Shown here: positions 43,641-48,669 of the stretch, piece by piece
Layout of the letters: every line of letters starts with the position of its first letter
How positions within the stretch are numbered: position 1 is the stretch's first letter
Source: Chloroflexota bacterium
GTDB lineage: Bacteria > Chloroflexota > Limnocylindria > Limnocylindrales > CSP1-4
NCBI GenBank assembly: GCA_031362295.1
Contig: JANLSG010000125.1
Span: 1 to 48,669, forward strand
Length of the DNA: 48,669 bases
Reading direction: 5' to 3'
The notes under the pieces: model-generated
What the model was told of the DNA's origin: nothing
Databases searched by the model: none
Seen by the model: only the letters and a program-made list of their open reading frames with translations
Position numbers and translations under genes: made by a program

Positions 43641-45239
43641 TCAGCCGACCGACACGTCGCCGCAGAGGTGGACCGCGAGACCCATCGCGTCGAACATCGC
43701 CGCCTTCGCGGCGAGCGCCTCGTCCGCGCTCGCGGCGTCGTTGCCGTACGCAACCTGGATGTGGTTGGCCCTGTGCCGGGCCATCATCTGGTCGCGCGTC
43801 ACGCCGTGCAGCACCGCGTGCATGATCGGCCACTGGGGCGTCGTGGCCTGCCAGCGGCGCTCGGTCTCCTCGGTCGGCAGCTCCACCACGGTCGCCCGGC
43901 CCAGGTCCGCATGGAGCCGGCCGTCCATGAGGAACACGCGGCTCCAGACGATCTCGCCCGGCCGGCTGATGCCCTTGATCGTGCCGCCGCCGAGCCCGAA
44001 GTACACCGGCGGCTGCCGCTCGCTGACGGCGCCCGCGTAGCCGCCGACGAGGTGCGCCGGCGGCACGGCACCGGAGATCTCGAAGACCCATACGAAGTCG
44101 TCGCCGTACGGCGCGCCCCAGCGCACGTCGTGGAGGGTCGTCGCCGCGTTCAGGCCAAGCGCCTCCCACACGCGGTTCGTGATCAGCGCGTCCACCGCGG
44201 AGCCCTCGTCGACCTCGTTGAAGTGGATCACCGGCCGGCCCGGGTACAGCTCGCGCGTCTCGCCGAGTGCCAGTACGGGCGGCCGGTCCGCGTCGTTCAG
44301 CAGCCCTTCCGCGAGGTCGGAGGCGGGCGCCATGTCCTTCAACCCCTGCTGGTACTGGATCCCGATCGCGTCGCAACCGAACTGGTCTGCAATTCGCACG
44401 GCCGCCGTGTACAGCCGCAGCTGGTCGAGAACCTGCTCCTCGGTGAGCTCCGTGGCGCCGTCACTCCCGAGTCGGAACTCCATCCCGCGGCGCGTGAGCC
44501 ACGCGTAGGCTGCGCGCGCCTCACCGGTCGTGACGCGACGCATTTCCGCCACCAGCGCGGATTGCGACAGCCGCTCCTTGTAGATCCCGGCCGGGTTCAG
44601 GTGCTCGTCATCGATGATCGCGTTGTACATGCCCATGCAGCCCTCGTCGAAGACACCGAGGATCGCCATGCGCTGTGCGAGCTCGTCCGCCAGCCGCCGC
44701 CCGAGGGTCACGGACGCCGCCGGCAGCCGGCCCAAATCCAGGTCGCGGACGTGCGAGGTGTCGTGCTCCACGGATCCCGTCTCGACCCACCGTGCGATCG
44801 CCTCGTCGGCGAAGGGATCGGTCAGGTCCTCGCCCCAGATCGTGCTGTAGGGGCGGCCCATCTTCGTCAGCGAGGCGTTGATGTTGAGCATCCCGACCAG
44901 GCCCGGCCACTGGCCGCTCCAGTTGGCGACGGTCAGGATCGGGCCGCGGTGGCGGCGCAGGCCCGCCAGGACGTGGTGGCTGTATTGCCAGACCGCCTCG
45001 GCCACGACGAGCGGCGCATCCCGGTCGATCCCCTGGAACACCGACATGCCCATCCGCTGGCTGGAGATGAACCCGTGCCCGCGCGAGGCATCCACCGGAT
45101 GCGCGCGTCGAACCGTGGCGCCATGGCGCCCGAACGCCGTGACAACGTTTCGCTCGAGCTCGGCCTGCGCCGGCCAGCCGAGCCGGTTCGCGGTCTCCCG
45201 CAGGTCCCCCGATGCGACCAGCACGACCTCGCGCGTCAT
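43641..45239 (-). CDS. L-fucose/L-arabinose isomerase-family sugar isomerase
   Basis: GGAGGGAGGGA lies upstream of ATG 45239 (MTREVVLVASGDLR). The 532-aa length and conserved blocks (VFDEGCMGMYNAI, AIGIQYQQGLKD) fit the family. Confidence 0.82.
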   Translation of the reverse strand: MTREVVLVASGDLRETANRLGWPAQAELERNVVTAFGRHGATVRRAHPVDASRGHGFISSQRMGMSVFQGIDRDAPLVVAEAVWQYSHHVLAGLRRHRGPILTVANWSGQWPGLVGMLNINASLTKMGRPYSTIWGEDLTDPFADEAIARWVETGSVEHDTSHVRDLDLGRLPAASVTLGRRLADELAQRMAILGVFDEGCMGMYNAIIDDEHLNPAGIYKERLSQSALVAEMRRVTTGEARAAYAWLTRRGMEFRLGSDGATELTEEQVLDQLRLYTAAVRIADQFGCDAIGIQYQQGLKDMAPASDLAEGLLNDADRPPVLALGETRELYPGRPVIHFNEVDEGSAVDALITNRVWEALGLNAATTLHDVRWGAPYGDDFVWVFEISGAVPPAHLVGGYAGAVSERQPPVYFGLGGGTIKGISRPGEIVWSRVFLMDGRLHADLGRATVVELPTEETERRWQATTPQWPIMHAVLHGVTRDQMMARHRANHIQVAYGNDAASADEALAAKAAMFDAMGLAVHLCGDVSVG

Positions 45240-46477
45240 CGCGTCCCTCCCTCCGGGGCCCGCGCCCGGCCAAGCGTGTCCATCGAGAACAGGATGAACG
45301 CCGCGATCCCCAGCGCCGCGACGACGAGCAGGGTCATCCGCACGCCCACAGCGACTGCGAGGAACCCGCCGATGACCGGCGCGATCATGATCGCGCCGTT
45401 GGCCACCGATTGGTCGACCGAGTTGAACGTCACGCCATGCGCATGCGGGATCGTGCGCAGCATCTGGTCGAACAGCGCGAGCTGCGCGCCCGCGCCGGCG
45501 ACGCCGGAGACGAACGCAATCACGGCGACGGCCGGCAGCCAGCCGATGAACGACAGCGCCGCGGGGGCGAGTGCGCCCACGAGCAGCGACGGCAGGAGCG
45601 TCATCGTGGCTCCGCGCCGCCGTGCCAGCTGGCGCGCCACCAGGTAACCCAGCACGCTCCCGGCGGACCCGGCCGCACCGATCACCCCGATCCAGGCGTC
45701 TGGCGCACCGAGCTCGTGGACGTAAAACAGCGGCAGGATCGGCATGGACAGTCCGATGCTCGCGACATACACGAAGCCGCGGAGCTCGAAGCGCACGAAC
45801 GGCCGGTTCGCGACGATCAGCTGCCACAGGCCGACGACCCGCTCGTGCACGGGCGTGCTCGGCGCGCGGGGCACTGGCACCTGGTCCGGGATAACGATCC
45901 GGCTGGACTGGAAGTAGCTGCCGAGCCCGGCGAGCGAGACGATCACGAGCAGGATTTCGAAGTTTGTCGGGAACGGGAACACGCTCAGCAGCTGGCCACC
46001 GAGGGCCACGGCGATCGTGGCCACGACGCCCGCGATCGCCCAGCGCCGGCCCAGCAGGTCGAACCGGCCGCCCGGCCCGGCGGCGCCGTCCATGACCATC
46101 GCGAAGCCGACCAGCGCCGCCGTCGACGGCAGCGAGGCAAGCGCCCAGATGGCGAGGATGATCGGAATCGCCTGCTCCTGGGGCAGGAGCGCGGATGCAC
46201 CGGCCATCACCGCATAGCTGGACCAGGCGACGAGCCGGAGCCGGCTGTACCAGGGGACGATGTTGCGGCGCCGCTGGATGTATCGCCCGAACGGGATCGC
46301 AAGCGCGAATGCGGTGAGCGCCGGGAGGGCCGTCAGCAGGCCGACGTCGTTCGCCGACGCCCCGAGCCGCAGCAGGAATACCGGCAGGAACGTGCCGGAC
46401 GCGTTCACGACGCCGATGAACACCGAGTCCAGCTGGACGCGCCGCCAGTTGCCGGCGCGGATGGATTGGGCAGCCAT
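45236..46477 (-). CDS. MFS transporter
   Basis: There are about 12 TM helices. An ATGA overlap links it to the isomerase start. The start is ATG 46477 (MAAQSIRAG); ATG 46600 is an alternative. Confidence 0.82.
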   Translation of the reverse strand: MAAQSIRAGNWRRVQLDSVFIGVVNASGTFLPVFLLRLGASANDVGLLTALPALTAFALAIPFGRYIQRRRNIVPWYSRLRLVAWSSYAVMAGASALLPQEQAIPIILAIWALASLPSTAALVGFAMVMDGAAGPGGRFDLLGRRWAIAGVVATIAVALGGQLLSVFPFPTNFEILLVIVSLAGLGSYFQSSRIVIPDQVPVPRAPSTPVHERVVGLWQLIVANRPFVRFELRGFVYVASIGLSMPILPLFYVHELGAPDAWIGVIGAAGSAGSVLGYLVARQLARRRGATMTLLPSLLVGALAPAALSFIGWLPAVAVIAFVSGVAGAGAQLALFDQMLRTIPHAHGVTFNSVDQSVANGAIMIAPVIGGFLAVAVGVRMTLLVVAALGIAAFILFSMDTLGRARAPEGGTR

Positions 46478-46550
46478 GCCCGCGAACGTAACAGCCCCAC
46501 CGGGCACGCGCGCGACCCAGTCGCCGCGCGTAGCGCCCCGCGAATCCCCG

Positions 46551-47681
46551 ATGATGTCGCCGGACATGCCAGCCAACATCAGCCGGCGCACCCTGCTCAT
46601 CTTCGGTGGCTACGCCGTGGCCTTCGTGCTGGTGGCGATCGCCAACCTCGTGCAGCTGCCGCCGCTCGTGCGGTTCGCGTTCGCGGTACTCGCGCTCGCC
46701 GGCGGGGCCGTCGCGGTCAGCGAGGCGACGGAACGCCTGGCGAGCCGGCTCAGCCCGGCGGCGACGGGCGTCGTCCAGTCCACCCTCGGGAACCTGCCGG
46801 AACTGTTCCTGGCAATCTTCGCGCTCCAGGCGGGTCTCGTGCAGGTGGTTGCCGCCGCCCTGATCGGCTCCGTCCTCGGCAATGCGCTGTTCGTCCTCGG
46901 CCTGGCGCTCGTGGCCGGTGGCCTGCGCCACGGCAAGATCACCTTCTCGGCGGCGGCGAACCGGCTGTACGCCACCGAGCTCCTGCTTGGCGTCGCGGCG
47001 CTCATCGTCCCGTTCCTCGCGGTCCAGCCGGGCGAGCCGGACTTCGGGCACGCCCAGGAGCTTTCGGCGCTCGTTGCGATCGTGCTCCTCGTCCTCTTCG
47101 CGTTCTCGGTTCCGATCTCGCTGCGCCTGAAGGAAGCCGGGCCCGGCGTCGTGCCCAACATTGAGGCTGCCGAGGGCGAGGCCGAAACGCCGACCGCGCA
47201 CGTGCCACCGCCGCTCGCCACGACGTTGCTCCTGCTCGGTGGATCGGCGGCATCGGCTGCGTTCGTCGCGGACTGGTTCGTGGAGGCGCTCGAGCCGGCC
47301 ATGGCCACGATCGGAATGAGCGAGGCGTTCGCCGGCCTGATCGTTGTCGCGATCGCGGGCAATGCCATTGAGCACCTGGCCGGTGTCACCGCGGCGTACA
47401 AGAACCGCGGCGACCTGTCGATGAGCCTGATCCTGAACTCGGCGCTCCAGGTCGTGCTCTTCCTGATCCCGGTGCTGGTGCTCCTGAGCTTCTTCGTCGC
47501 GCCGGTGCCGATGACCCTGATCTTTGACCCGCTGCTGCTCGGAACCCTCGCGGTCACGGCCCTGCTCGTGTACGCGATGGTCGTCGACGGCGAGGCGAAC
47601 GCCTTCGAGGGCGCGATGCTCCTCGGCCTCTACATCATCGTCGCGGCCGCCGTGTGGTGGGGTCCCGCGATCGGCACTTGA
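46551..47681 (+). CDS. Ca2+/H+ antiporter (CaCA/CAX family)
   Basis: Both alpha-repeats are present (GNLPELFLAIFAL and GNAIEHLAGVTAA). There are about 11 TM helices. Candidate starts are 46551, 46554 and 46566. Confidence 0.88.
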   Translation: MMSPDMPANISRRTLLIFGGYAVAFVLVAIANLVQLPPLVRFAFAVLALAGGAVAVSEATERLASRLSPAATGVVQSTLGNLPELFLAIFALQAGLVQVVAAALIGSVLGNALFVLGLALVAGGLRHGKITFSAAANRLYATELLLGVAALIVPFLAVQPGEPDFGHAQELSALVAIVLLVLFAFSVPISLRLKEAGPGVVPNIEAAEGEAETPTAHVPPPLATTLLLLGGSAASAAFVADWFVEALEPAMATIGMSEAFAGLIVVAIAGNAIEHLAGVTAAYKNRGDLSMSLILNSALQVVLFLIPVLVLLSFFVAPVPMTLIFDPLLLGTLAVTALLVYAMVVDGEANAFEGAMLLGLYIIVAAAVWWGPAIGT

Positions 47682-47736
47682 TCGCAACCGATCTACCGGC
47701 GCGTTCGCGGAGCGATCCGTGCACAATCGCGGCTCG

Positions 47737-48621
47737 ATGACAACCTGGCAGGAGCTGATCGCCTCGGGCGCCCCGATCGTCGCCGACGGCGCGATGGGCA
47801 CGATGCTCATGGCCAACGGGCTGGAGTTCGGCGACCCGCCCGAGCTCTGGAACCTGGAGCACCCCGAGATCATCCGGCGCGTCCAGCGCGCCTACCTCGC
47901 GGCCGGCGCCCAGGTCCTCCTGACGAACACGTTTGGCGGCAATCGCCTTCGATTGGAGCTCCACGGCCGCCAGGACCGCGTCGATCAGCTCAATCGCACC
48001 GCTGCGGTGCTCGCGCGTGTCGAGGTCGATGCCGCAGACCACCCGGCCATCGTGGCCGGTGATCTCGGCCCAACTGGCCAGATCATGGCGACCATCGGCG
48101 GCACGCTGACGCCGGAGATCGCCCGCGAGGTGTTCGCCGAGCAGGCCGGAGCCCTCGCGGCGGGCGGCGCGGACGTCATGTGGGTCGAGACGATGAGCGA
48201 CGTCAGCGAGGCCGTCGCGGCGATCCTCGGGGCGAAGGACGCGGCGCCCGACCTGCCGGTGATCGCGACGATGAGCTTCGACACACGCGGGCACACGATG
48301 ATGGGCGTCACGCCGGAGCGAGCCGCGGCGGCGCTGCTCGAGGCGGGCGCCGTTGCCATCGGCGGCAACTGCGGCAACGGGCCGGAGGAGCTCGTGCCCG
48401 TGATCGAACGCATGGGCAAGGCGTTCCCGGACGCCATCCTCGTGGCGAAGGGGAACGTGGGGATGCCGCAACTGGTCGGCATGAATGTGGTGTACGAGAC
48501 CACGCCCGCGACGATGGGCGACTTCGCCCGCAAGTTCCGCGACGCCGGCGCGAACGTCATCGGTGCGTGCTGCGGCAGCACGCCGCCGCATCTCCAGGCG
48601 ATGGCCGAGGCGATCCGCTAG
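47737..48621 (+). CDS. Homocysteine S-methyltransferase-domain protein
   Basis: The sequence is MTTWQELIASGAPIVADGAMGTML...LLTNTFGGN...GGNCG...GACCGSTPPH, which carries Zn-binding Cys residues. Confidence 0.85.
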   Translation: MTTWQELIASGAPIVADGAMGTMLMANGLEFGDPPELWNLEHPEIIRRVQRAYLAAGAQVLLTNTFGGNRLRLELHGRQDRVDQLNRTAAVLARVEVDAADHPAIVAGDLGPTGQIMATIGGTLTPEIAREVFAEQAGALAAGGADVMWVETMSDVSEAVAAILGAKDAAPDLPVIATMSFDTRGHTMMGVTPERAAAALLEAGAVAIGGNCGNGPEELVPVIERMGKAFPDAILVAKGNVGMPQLVGMNVVYETTPATMGDFARKFRDAGANVIGACCGSTPPHLQAMAEAIR

Positions 48622-48669
48622 GAACGGTCCGCCAAGGGCCCCCTGCTAACCTCGAATGCATGGAAGCGC

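Noticed and set aside
1-48669. I searched for CRISPR arrays, IS elements or transposases, integrases, toxin-antitoxin pairs, reverse transcriptases and rRNA.
   Set aside because: I saw no regularly spaced repeat-spacer arrays. No ORF carries DDE, tyrosine- or serine-recombinase, or RT motifs. No rRNA-like sequence is present. The only mobility-like signal is the tRNA 3'-end duplication reported above.

Overview
The window is a visibly high-GC (not computed) bacterial chromosomal segment. It has strong GGAGG-type ribosome-binding sites, frequent GTG/TTG starts and many 4-8 bp start/stop overlaps. This style fits an Actinomycetota/Chloroflexota-like genome, which is an inference only. I call about 45 protein-coding genes, one tRNA-Gly(CCC), two likely gene relics, three intrinsic terminators and several short repeats or palindromes in intergenic regions. 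I saw no rRNA, CRISPR array, transposase, integrase or reverse transcriptase. Most content is ordinary: an acetolactate-synthase-like enzyme, a GGDEF/EAL sensor, class A PBP, glycogen-debranching-type glucosidase, GT4 glycosyltransferase, an ABC-2 exporter, Dps, a Ca2+/H+ antiporter, an MFS/isomerase/FGGY-kinase sugar operon and stress and small membrane proteins. Five items deserve a second look. (1) A 23-nt exact duplicate of the tRNA-Gly 3' end lies 4.1 kb from the tRNA. The two copies bracket a single gene for a 1290-aa secreted GH5 + 7-blade RCC1 + HYR + PxKF protein, with no integrase, and a gene-decay scar (frameshifted GNAT, cyclase fragment) sits at the distal junction. (2) A 1199-aa single polypeptide combines a Cas4-like Fe-S nuclease, an RNase-H-like exonuclease and an SF1B helicase, and is divergent from an atypical orphan response regulator that lacks the conserved receiver Lys. 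(3) A non-pyrrolysine MttB-family methyltransferase is translationally coupled to an ABC-2 exporter, with no corrinoid partner nearby. (4) There is a MoaX-like fused MoaD-MoaE. (5) A Dps gene forms an operon with a Cys/His-rich PAS histidine kinase. The many very long ORFs antisense to real genes are treated as GC-driven artefacts.
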